From Haliotis rufescens (lineage: Eukaryota), in the NCBI RefSeq assembly GCF_023055435.1, contig NW_025964223.1:23746001-23810000 (forward strand): 64,000 nt of DNA. Direction: 5' to 3'. Of this stretch, positions 24,555 through 35,651 are shown in pieces; the stretch's first letter is position 1; each line of letters starts with the position of its first letter. The notes beneath the pieces are model-generated. The model had not been told where the DNA came from and did not search any database. It saw nothing but the letters and a program-made list of their open reading frames with translations. The position numbers and the translations under genes are program-made.

Positions 24555-26243
24555 CTACTTCCTGGCAGCAACGCAAGAGTTGGCACTGAAGGTGTAGGCG
24601 CCTTCTGCGGCCTGAACGGCACCACTACAATGTGAGGCAAAAATGAGCAATTGTTACTGGTATATTTCCTTTATTTTAGTTCGAAGTATGTATTAATATC
24701 AAAGGCATATATATCGTTTCATTAAAACCAATCTATGCCATTAGATCTCTACACATGACAAAAATAAAAATAAAACAAGTTAACGTCGATCTTGAATTTC
24801 CAACCCTTATCATTGTCTAACAAATCGCAAAGAGAACCATCGAATTAATCATCATTGGGATTAATTGCGGTTTCGTTACAGTCTACAAATCACAATATTA
24901 TATCTGGGATGAACTCTACTTTGCTTTGACACTCTTAGTGCTAGGGTGGAGTTGTGAGACGGATCTCTGGAAGAATATTTCATGGATATACTTACTCAAC
25001 GCAGTTCAACTGGCACGCGTTGTCGTAGTAGTTGCCGGCGGTGTCACAGACAGGGTCAAGGATGCGGGGACAAAGGCAGTCACAGTTGACAGTGCTGGCT
25101 ATGAAGATAGATGAAGGGTAGAATGATATGTTTATTCTGATACAGGTCCCTCCGCAAGCACAAGGTTGTTGCAATGAATATTTTCCACACAGTATACCTT
25201 GTCCCACACTTTAAATGAACATTTTGTCAAGACGACTTCGATAGCTATTAATAGGGGGCACTATTCGTCTAAGGCGCCGCAATTCGCTCTGCGGAGTTGC
25301 GAACCTTGGGTACGCCAGAAACCTATGAATCCTGGTTCGCTCCGATTATAATTCTAGGTTTCTCAGCACCATACTCCTGTTCGTGAGTTTCACCAAAGTG
25401 GTAAACGTTTGAGTCGTGCATCACTTCGGGCTTTCCTCCCACATCAATCTGACACGCCATCATATGATTGGAGGGGCGGTCGGGTAGCCTAGTGGTTAAA
25501 GCGTTCGCTCGTCACGCCGAAGACCCGGGTTCGATTCCCGACATGGGTACAATGTGTGAAGCCCATTTCTGGTGTCCCCCTCCGTGATATTGCTGGAATA
25601 TTGCTAAAAGGGGCGTAAAACCATACTCACTCACTCACTAACTCACTCATATGATTGGAATACCGCATTAAACCAAACACTCTCACTCACATTGATTACT
25701 AAACGTAAAACGATAGCTATGTAGCTTCATTAGGACGCGGTATAGTCCTTCTGAAACTAACAAGCACGGTGGGATGCTGACGAGGATGTGGGAACAAATG
25801 CAGCCACAGTTGACAGTGCTGGCTGTGATGAAATATGAGGGGTAGAATGATATTGCTCAGGAAGCACTACGTTTTTGCAGGGAATATTTTCCACAATATA
25901 TACCTTGACCGACACATTAAATTGACGACTTTCAGTTAGTAAATGTAAAATGATATCTATGTGCCTTCATGTAGACGCGGTTCATCTGAAACTAACAAAT
26001 ATGCGTGTGATGGTGACACTTATTAGGATCGAAATCAGAACGAATCTGGGATTAAAAACTATAAGAGGATTCAGACTCAACTAACTCAGCGACTTTCTCC
26101 ATCTCAGGCGACAGAGTCAATTATGACCGTGGGAAAATGCACAACGGATTGTGCATGTACACTTGAATATAACTGATGAAACAGAGCTTAAACTCACCAC
26201 ACAGCACCACGGCAAAAACAGCAAGAACAACAGCGGCCTTCAT
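24555..26243 (-). CDS. K4: secreted Kazal-type inhibitor precursor, 72 aa
   Basis: Exons 26243-26198, 25098-24996, 24624-24555. Translation MKAAVVLAVFAVVLCASTVNCDCLCPRILDPVCDTAGNYYDNACQLNCVDGAVQAAEGAYTFSANSCVAARK*. TATA box is the variant CATAAA. Confidence 0.88.
25473..25646 (+). mobile_element. SINE family A nested in a family B SINE
   Basis: 13-bp TSD tcatatgattgga; empty site in the paralogue at ~44423. Confidence 0.9.
25783..25824 (-). pseudogene. Truncated duplicate of exon 2 inside K4 intron 1
   Basis: Minus strand reads cacag|ccagcactgtcaactgtggctgcatttgttcccacatcct (ASTVNCGCICSHIL) with an intact AG acceptor, then switches back to intron-1-type sequence. Confidence 0.8.
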
Positions 26244-26984
26244 TTTGATGCAAAAGGTGGAGCTTCTCTTCCGAACAGGATCAAAGTATCGAATGGATTC
26301 AAATGTCAGTATTTATGCACTACACAAGCCCCATAAAATACTAATTCAAGTAATATATAGTTCCTCGGTCGATTTTTAAGTCGAGGATTTATTGTATCTT
26401 CAAGCAGTGGGTTGCTATAAGTAGTTTGTGTCACGTACTATCAACTTCATAGCCACATGAAAATAATATCATGTGAACGTAAAACTATATTCATTATTCA
26501 AACATGTTCTGCCATTGCATCGACATTGGGGCAATTTGAAGCTTTGTTTTCAGACTTGTGGATGTTATTGAGTGTTTGAAGCCTGGTTTCAAATGCTAAC
26601 ATATCAGCGCATCGAATATTCAATAACATCAGAAAATCGAAAAACACAAAATGTGTATCGACATTGTAAAATACAGACGTAATCTTCTGTAGCACTCTCT
26701 CTTTATGTGAACTCTCACAGATGTGAGGCAGACATGACGTCACTCTGCAATGTGCTGATGTCTCAACGGTCAACCCATTACACAATGGCAGCATGACAGA
26801 GGATAGAACCAACAATTTATAACTTATAACAAAAAGAGGTGAGCAGCAATTATTCCAAGCAGGATGTTGGCATCATCGGCTTATTTCTCGACATCGAATT
26901 CTTTTCGCGTACCCTGATGTTATGGAGTCTCTGATTTTACAATGGTCGCTCTATCTGTCGCATCTGTCAGTTGTAATAGGTAAA

Positions 26985-27303
26985 GTGAAGGGAAATGGCG
27001 TTTAACGCCGCGCTCAAGATCACTGATCTTACAAATCGACATGCACTTGTCCCGACTAATGCCGATTTTTAAGTACTAGCCCACTGAGATACCATGCTTC
27101 AGTTTAACATGAACACACCACAATGACACAGTATACTGACTCCGTGTCGAACTGTCCTTGTTTTAGCCCCTTAATGCCGAGCGCCAGACAGGGTAACACT
27201 AAAGTACCATCTTTTAACGTCTTTTGGTATGACGCGGCCGGGGATCGAACCAAAACATTCCGCTCTCTGGGCCGACACTCTACCGCTAGACAACGGAGGT
27301 GGT
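26985..27303 (-). mobile_element. Older tRNA-derived SINE family D (V-domain-like core)
   Basis: On the minus strand, B box ggttcgatccc then a core accctgtctggcgctcggcattaaggg. Paralogous or related copies at ~3990-4690, 16250-16770, 36575-36875, 45890-46190, 55265-55565. Confidence 0.65.
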
Positions 27304-28274
27304 CCAGTTGTAATAAATATACAACAATGAGGGTTCATTTGGAAGATAAATACACTGTGTTTCCATGTAGAGCTAGCTTTCCTGTCAATGCCTGTCGTGT
27401 GTATAATGAGGTTGAAAAAAAATTTAAGTGATCCTAACAAAATCCAGTCATCTGATTACAGAACACATATAAGTCGGTTGTTTGTCCGATCTATACGCAC
27501 ACGGCTTGGCACGTCATAATTGACCTTGTTCACATTTTGAGTTAACATACCAATCTCAATGGCGTCGTAAGGTAGAACTGATATTGTCACACAAACATAT
27601 TTCACCTGAAACAAGTCTCTTTACTCGTGACCAGTGCCATTGTCTTTGAGCAACAAATGTTAAAATCTGTTTTATATCATGAAACATGCCCAGTTCAAAA
27701 CACGTCGTGAAAATGAATATAAATTGAGGAGCAAAAGAAAGTACACCGAGTTTGCTTCTTTATAACTTTACCAATCAGTAGTATCGTATTATACGAAAAC
27801 AAATATTATAAGTTATTACAAAATTATATTTAAAATAATAAACCTTGTAGAAGTTTTCTTTGAGTACTGACTAAGCGCCAGTATAGTTCATTTGGGGGAA
27901 ATGTTATCGCTATCTTGTGATATTTTCAATTGAAAATCAAATATATGGTAAAATCCACTGAGAGGTATTGTTTCATTTGATCCTCAGATCAACTGAACAT
28001 TTCAGAACACTCTTCACCTTCGATCACGCTTTGTGTAAGCCATTTCAGCTAGTCCGGTATACCTGGGTAATGGCACATCAACTACTCACCACAACCTCGT
28101 GCATAACACATAAAGTTTTAAGAGAATTTAAAATCATACCTTACAAATCGGCTAAGGAGACATTTATCACTTTAATTCTTTTATATGTGCTTGTGTGGTG
28201 TATAAATGCGGAGATTTCAATCCATTCGACACTTTGATCCTGTTCGGAAGAGAAGCTCCACCTATAGCATCAAT

Positions 28275-29690
28275 ATGAAGGCTGTCGCTATTCTTGCTGT
28301 TCTTGCTGTGGTGCTGTGCGGTGAGTTTAAGTTTTGTTTTATAAGTTCTCTTCCAATGTTTATCCACATTCCATTGTGCATTTTCCCACGGGTCACATTT
28401 GGCCCAATCGTCGGTCGATGTGTTAGAAGAGCCGGAATCCTCTCAGGTTCGTTCTGTTATCGATCCTTGGTTTGTCGGCTTCCCACCCGTGCTTGTTGCT
28501 TTAAGAAGGAGTCGGTCTCGTCCTAGTGAAACTACATAGTTATCTATTTACATTTAGTAATCCAAGTGAGGGTGTGAGTTGGGTTTAATGCCGCCTTGTG
28601 TGGTATTCCAATAACATGGTGGCGTGTCAGCTTAATGTGGGAAGAAATCCCGAAGTGATGCGCGACTCAAACATTTAGCATTTTAGTGAACATGAGTATG
28701 GTGCCGACAAACCTAGAAACATAATCGGGTCGAACCCTGATTCAAACCAACGATCACAGATCAAGGGACGCAACTCTCCCAAGCGTATGGACCACGACAC
28801 ATAGATATCGTTTTACATTTAGTTATTAAAAGTCGTCCATTTAAAGTGTTGGCCAAGGTACATTGTGTGGAAAATATTCATTCCAACGATATTGCCGTGT
28901 CCTTATGAAGCAAACACAAAATGTTCATTTAAAGTGTCGGTCAAGAAATACTATGTCGAATCCATTCATTGCAACAGCCAAGTGCTTGCTGAGGGACCTG
29001 TATCAGGATATACATATCATTCTAACCCCTAATCTCTCTTCATAGCCAGCACTGTCAACTGTGACTGCCTTTGTCCCCGCATCCTTGACCCTGTCTGTGA
29101 CACCGCCGGCAACTACTACGACAACGCTTGCCAGTTGAACTGCGTTGAGTAAGTATATCCATGAAACACTTCTACAGTGATATTCTCATACCTCCATTCT
29201 TGTTCTAAGAGTATAAAATCAAAGTAGATTTCATCCCAGATTCGAATATAGTGGTTAATCGCCGGTAACGAAACTGCATTTAACCAATTTGATGATTAAA
29301 TACCACTGTTCATTTTGTGATTTGAAAGTCAAATGTAAAGTGATCAAATCAGTTATACCACTTATGTCCTACAGGCGTATATGGTCGTGGTTAATACATA
29401 CAATACAACCTCCATCATAGACAAGGGCAGGAAATCCAATAAGCAAGGCAACATGTTGCGGGATTTTGTCGCATGTCGCAGAGATATAAATGAAAGATAC
29501 ATACTTTTGTTAAACGGAAAATATCCCTTATTCTTATTGCACACATCCTTTGATATACTGAAGTGAACGTGCCAGTAACAAGTCCTCATTCTTGCCTCAC
29601 GATGGACCTTCATATTGTAGGGGTGCCGTCCAGGCCGCAGAAGGCGCCTTCACCTTCAGTGCCAACTCTTGCGTTGCTGCCAGGAAATAG
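28275..29690 (+). CDS. K5: secreted Kazal-type inhibitor precursor, 72 aa
   Basis: Exons 28275-28320, 29046-29148, 29621-29690. Translation MKAVAILAVLAVVLCASTVNCDCLCPRILDPVCDTAGNYYDNACQLNCVEGAVQAAEGAFTFSANSCVAARK*. TATAAA 28201, AATAAA 29758. Confidence 0.9.
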
Positions 29691-29796
29691 ATGACTTTCA
29701 CCTTCACCTTTGACCAAATGGAGCGTCCCCGACTACAGAAGCACATATTGGTTGTGCAATAAAACATAGAAGCAATCCATCTGTCTGTTTTTCATG

Positions 29797-30346
29797 TATA
29801 TTTACAAATTCCCGAGCAAGAGAGTTAACTGGCTATAAAAGTCCAGTTTCCAACCTTGCCCAACTAGGCTTGTATAATGGAGTTACACTTTGGCTGGACT
29901 AACGAGTCTATGAATAGTCCAATAAAAATCGCGCAACGAAATCGAAATCCGGTTCGGAAACTATCGTGCAGATTTTGATCGATTGCAGGATTTTCAAAGC
30001 ATGTGCACCGCCAACTCGTTGTCAGCCGATATTTTCTCATTCTTTTCACGCTTTCAATCAAGGTGCTCACGTCATTTGATGCATTTCGCCATTTAAGAAC
30101 CGTTTTATCACAATATAGATCTTGATTATCAATCAGATCGTCCTGACTTGGCTCCGCCATTGTGTTTGAAGCAAATGCAAGTGATACGAGAGGTTGAGTC
30201 TGATTGGTCTATAGTAGAGGCTTAGAAGGGACATAACTGGTAATAGCCACTGGTCGAGCCCAGTAATTCCAGCCTAGTTCGGCAAGGATGGAAACTTGAC
30301 TTTAAAAGTCAGTTAACTCTCTTGCCTAGGGAAGATGGTAAATGTA
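29797..30346. mobile_element. ~550-bp MITE with ~80-bp imperfect TIRs just 3' of K5
   Basis: Left end gcaagagagttaactggctataaaagtccagtttccaaccttgcc is the inverted complement of the right end ggcaaggatggaaacttgactttaaaagtcagttaactctcttgc. Only the left ~135 bp survives behind K7, K9 and K11. Confidence 0.8.
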
Positions 30347-30600
30347 TTGATACCGATTTCTTTCGAAATCGAAAAATACAAATCAAGTTTATCTTCAAAC
30401 GAAGTTTGAAACGAAAATACAAATCAAGTTTATCTTCAAACGAAGTTTGAAACGAAGTTTGAAACGAAGTTTGAAAGAGTGATTGGGCTATATTGCCTTT
30501 CACATTTGTAATGATGACATTAGTTATAAGGCAAAAGTCTCCCCACCACACAGGGGCATGTCAAAACCCACCATCATTCCGTACTGATCACAATTGTTCA

Positions 30601-30873
30601 GGGGGCGCAGGTGGCCAAGTCGTTTGAGGCGCCGCAATTCGCTGTGCAGAGTTGTCTCCCTTGGGCACGCCAGAACCCTATGGTGGTGGGTTCGAATCCG
30701 ATTATGTTTCTAGGTTTGTCAGCACCATACCCGTGCTTGTGGGTTTCACCGAAGTGGTAAACGTCTAAGACTTGCATCACTTCGGGCTTTCGTCCCACAT
30801 TAAGCTGACACGCCGTGATATAACTGGAATACTGTTAAAAGCGGCGTTAAACCGGACTCATTCACTCACTCAC
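30601..30873 (+). mobile_element. SINE family B, full length (tRNA-Leu-like head with long A-B box spacing)
   Basis: 13-bp TSD tcacaattgttca and (ACTC)n tail. Other copies at approximately 860-1090(-), 5133-5236(-), 8803-9076(-), 25253-25690(+), 28565-28800(-), 34905-35175(+), 38360-38615(-), 44245-44480(+), 47660-47915(-), 53625-53860(+), 57043-57300(-), 63140-63365(+). Confidence 0.85.
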
Positions 30874-31384
30874 TCACAATTGTTCACAATGTATTGAAGT
30901 TGTCAATTCCTTAGTATACATCCCTGACACCGTCGTTGATGTGATACAATTAATATAGTGGCAAGGAACGTCAACCACGATCGCTAATCATACTGTACGG
31001 TCTTGGGGTAAAGCCTCGGGTAAGTGAACATCAAATTATGTAGACATTTCAAGGGTTGATTATTTACCAATCAACCCAGACAAAGGAAGGACAGACTACA
31101 GAGTTGATTGACCACTGTTGATTCTCTACCACCATTGTTTTCATCCATTCCACATTCAGCCCCCTCATTCAACACGCATGATGAACTCATAGCATAAATT
31201 GTTCGGAAAGTTGGCGCACGTTAATGAAATGTTGACTTTGTAATAACTATATATTTCCATCCAATAGGGAGTCAACCGTCCCTGTTGTGTAGAGGATAGG
31301 GCTTCTGTCCGGAGAGAGAGTGAATGGTCGGTGGATCCATCCCCTGCCCCGTTATATTAAAAGACGTAAAAATATGGTCACGAG

Positions 31385-33420
31385 ATTAGGTTCACTGTGG
31401 GTGTTTGATTCTGATCTGGGAAAAAGGTTCTAGACATAGTTCATGAACAACCAAGCTCTTAAGTATACCCACATTCGGATTTACTAACATAAACATTGCT
31501 ATCACAGTTTGGAGAGGTAGAGTCGGTTGTTTTGTCCCTCGGGGCGGACGGCCACAGTGCATATACCTCGGTATACAGCTATCATGTAGGATGCCGATGG
31601 CTTTTTCCCCGCTTTTGTTGTATTTAACAGTGTTACTTGGACCAGGGCCTACCTATAAGACACCGCACTTCCCGGGAAAAGGGTTCAAACTAGGTTATCT
31701 TTTCAGAATGTTTCAGACCTATATGTGACTCTGGATAATGTGCCCAATCCTCGTTACCTTAAAACACCTATTCGTGAGGAGGAATACACTACAGGATGAA
31801 CATGATAGGTTGAGAAAACACGCACATGTATTAAACTTGGAAATATAAACTGATAATCTGGAGGCTCAGTCCCGGCGTTGCAACTTTTCATAAGCTGTCA
31901 GATTGAAACAGAGAACAGGGTGTGGGATTTTATGTGTTTGTCACTTAACATTAGCTCCTTCTGCACAGTTAGTATTGAGCGTGCAAACAGACTGCATTCA
32001 CGCAGTGTGAACAGACCTGTGATTGTCAAATTTACCTTCTTTAAGGATAAATCTGAAATATTGGTAGCTGCAAGAAAAAAGTAAATGGAAAGTAACAACT
32101 TTGAATGTCTGAGGATTTTACAGAGCGAATGCGACAGATTTGATCGAAATTAATCCCCTTCATGATGACAGCGAGGGGGGACAAAAACATCTCTGGCAAA
32201 TTGGTTATATATGGTACGGGGATTGATGATTACATTGTCACAGAGACAATAATTCTGGACATACTGTTCCATATATGAACTCAAACCCAATTTCTAATAC
32301 AGATTTCACACACTGCATAATAGATTCGACAACCAGATCTCTGCACAACAGACTGTGGAACTAGCACATAAATGTGGTGGTGGCAATGTACATACCAACC
32401 TTGATACTACAGATTATAGTCACCATGCTACTTACCAGATGTTAGATGGAATACCAGATTCAACCAAGTTTAATCATCAAGAAGAAAGTACACAAAACTG
32501 TTGTCAGGCAAGACCTAGTGAAAACACTGACTCAATACCAGACATGAATATAACTGATATTATGAGTGGTAACAGTGCCATAGTTAGAAAGAATGTTATT
32601 ACCACCATATGCTCATGTAATATTAACGGCTTCTTGTAAAAAAATGAGTTTTCGGATTTTACTCTCTTTTGTGAAATTTTCTGTTGAATGGAGACAATGC
32701 GTATGAATACGCATGACATTTTGCAAAATCTATTTAACGATTATGAAAATTTTAGTATCTCCCACTTCCTTAAGAGAGTCGGATGATGCTTAATCTTTCA
32801 GGATGAAGAATGAGTTGTTTCCCTTATATATTTGCCTCGTGTTTGTTTCCATCAACACTAACACTGAGGGTTCACCAGTATTTACAAACAGAGAAGAAAA
32901 TTGAATTGACATTCCCGAACGGCAATTTATTAACATTCTTCATGAAAATGGCAATTCATTCGAATTTATTTTATGTGGAGATTTCAAGGCCAGGACTGAA
33001 AATCGGTTAGATAATATAATAAAAGATGATGTTCTTTATTTACCTTTTGACAAGGACAATAAAAACGATAACTTCTCTTGATCTCATAAATCTTTAGATA
33101 AAGTCATAAACAACTATTGCTTAAATCTATTAGGCATATGCAAGATACTTGGCATCCTTATAGTTAATAGAAGATTTAAATCAGACATCACAGGCGATCT
33201 AACTTGTGTATCGCATTCTGGATGCAGCGTTGTTGACATTTTTATCATTTCCACTGATATTTTTACAAAAATACCAGACATATACTATAGACTGATGTCT
33301 CAACTTGAGATCAGAAAAGACACATCTTCCTGTATTCTTCAGAAAAATATATTATTTTGGTAATATAGAGAATGACATCTTGATATTACCTATCATCTGT
33401 ACCTCATGAATTTATGTTAC
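31385..33420 (+). mobile_element. Decayed APE-type LINE, 5' portion (ORF1 plus endonuclease, no RT)
   Basis: ORF1-like SIERANRL..RPVIVKFTFFKDK..IL and SEDFT motifs, then endonuclease motifs ICS(C/W)NING and CGDF.AR. Many stops. Boundaries approximate. Confidence 0.7.
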
Positions 33421-33713
33421 AAGTCGGTTTAATTATTTCTGAAAGGGGGAATGGACGTTTTCTCTGATGTTATGTGATGTGACGTAGCGTTACGTGATGA
33501 CTACCTCTCACCAGACAATTTATTTTCTGAGTATCCCATGTTTGTTGCAAGAGGGGCGGAAACAATGTCGGTCTGTCATCATTACGACTGCAAAAGGGAA
33601 ATATAGAACATTCACACTTTCAATTCTGCTTACAGAATCGCAAACAGATGTGAGATGTATTCAGCCTACTCTACAGAGACAAATGTATTGACCTCATTCT
33701 GTAATACATTCTG

Positions 33714-33756
33714 TCGTGTCGTGTCGTGTCGTGTCGTGTCGTGTCGTGTCGTGTCG
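33714..33756. repeat. (TCGTG)n microsatellite
   Basis: Expanded from the 2-3 units seen in paralogues. Confidence 0.9.
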
Positions 33757-33949
33757 AATCGGAATACAGTGTACTTTAAAAGATAAACTTTATTTTTATT
33801 TAACCTTGTCCACATTCAACGGTATCAATAAATATAGATAAAAACATAGACATGACCAGATGGATTGTTTCTATATTTTATTGCACAACTAATATGTGCT
33901 TCTGTAGTCGGTGACGCTCCATTTGGTCAAAGGTGAAGGTGAAAGTCAT

Positions 33950-35651
33950 CTACTTCTTGGCGGCAACGCAAGAGTTGGCACTAAAGGTGTAGGCGCCTTC
34001 TGCGGCCTGGACGGCACCCCTACAATATGAAGGTCCATCGTGAGGCAAAAATGAGGACTTGTTACTGGCACTTTCAATTTAGTATATCAAAGGATGTGTG
34101 CAATAATAATAGGGGATATTTTCCGTTTAACAAAAGTATGTATCTTTCATTTATATCTCTGCGACATGCGACAAAATCCCACAACATGTTGCCTTGCTAA
34201 TTGGATTTCCTGCCCTTGTCTATGATGGAGGTTATATTGTATGTATTAACCACGACCATATACGCCTGTAGGACATAAGTGGTATAACTGATTTGATCAC
34301 TTTACATTGTTAAGGTTCTTCGTGAGGCAAGAATGAGAAATTGTTACTGGGTTAATGGTGGTTATCTGTTAAATTGTATGCATTGACCATGACCATTCAC
34401 AACAAAAGGACATAAGTGCTACGACTGATGTTATCACTTTACATTTACAAGAGAACCATCGTATTAATCATCATTGGGATTAATTGCGCCTTATTACAGT
34501 CCACTAATCACTATGTTCTCGCATGTTATATCTGGGATGAACTCTACTTTGCTTTGACACTCTTAGTGCTAGGGTGGACTTATGAGACGGATCTCTGTAA
34601 GAATATTTCATACATATACTCACTCAACACAGTTCAACTGGCACACGTTGTCGTAGTAGTTGCCGGCGGTATCACAGACGGGATCAAGGATGCGGGGACA
34701 AAGACAGTCACAGTTGACAGTGCTGGCTGTGAAGAGAGATGAAGGATAGAATGATATGTCTAATCCTGATTCAGGTCCCTCAGCAAGCATAACGTCGGTA
34801 CCTCATCAAGCAGAGGGTGGTGGCAATGAATATTTTCCAAACAGTTTACATGTACCTTACACAAAACTTTAAATAGACATTTTGTCAAGACGGCTCACAT
34901 TACAAGGGGCACGGGAGGCGTCGCGCGGCCAGTTTCTTTGCAGTTTTGCGAACTTTGGGTACGCAAAAAACCTATGATCGTAGGTTTGACTCCCGGTTCG
35001 CCCCGATTATGTTTCTAGGTTTGTCAGCACCATACTTATTCGTGAGTTTCACTAAAGTGGTAAACGTTTGAGTCGTGCATCACTTCGGGCTTTCCTCCCA
35101 CGTTAAGCTGACACGCCGTCATATAAATAGAATACCGCAAAAGGCGGCATAAAACCCAACTCACTCACTCATTCACTGTGATAACTAAATGTAAAACGAT
35201 AGCTTTATAGCTTGATGGCTGGGTGTGAAGAAATATGAGGGGTAGAATGATATTGATCAGCAAGCACTTGGTTTTTGCAAGGAATATTTTCTACACAATA
35301 TACCTTGACCGACACATTAAAATGACGACTTTTAATTAGTAAATTTAACGATATCTATGTGTAAACGATATTATTCAGACGCAGTTCATCTGAAACTAAC
35401 AAGTATGGGTGTGATGGTGACCAACTAATTAGGATCGAAATCAGAACGAATCTGGGATTAAAAACTATAAGAGGATTTCGACCAAGATATCTCAGCGACT
35501 TGCTCCATCTCAGGCGACAGTGTCAATTGTGACCCGTGGGAAAATGCACAACGGATTGTGCATGTACATTTGAAAAAAAACTGATTAAACAGAGCTTAAA
35601 CTCACCACACAGCACCACGGCAAAAACAGCAAGAATAACAGCAGCCTTCAT
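33950..35651 (-). CDS. K6: secreted Kazal-type inhibitor precursor, 72 aa
   Basis: Exons 35651-35606, 34726-34624, 34019-33950. Translation MKAAVILAVFAVVLCASTVNCDCLCPRILDPVCDTAGNYYDNVCQLNCVEGAVQAAEGAYTFSANSCVAAKK*. Confidence 0.9.

Noticed and set aside
28206-28526. ORF-track proteins starting MRRFQSIRHFDPVRKRSS... (also 37982, 47283, 56665, 15145-15453)
   Set aside because: Their start codon overlaps the TATA box (TATAAATG), upstream of the likely transcription start, and they read through the exon-1 donor into the intron. They are artefacts around the true exon 1.
34416-34742. ORFs antisense to exon 2 (also 24926, 48044, 57426)
   Set aside because: Shadow frames of the Kazal exon with inconsistent starts among copies.
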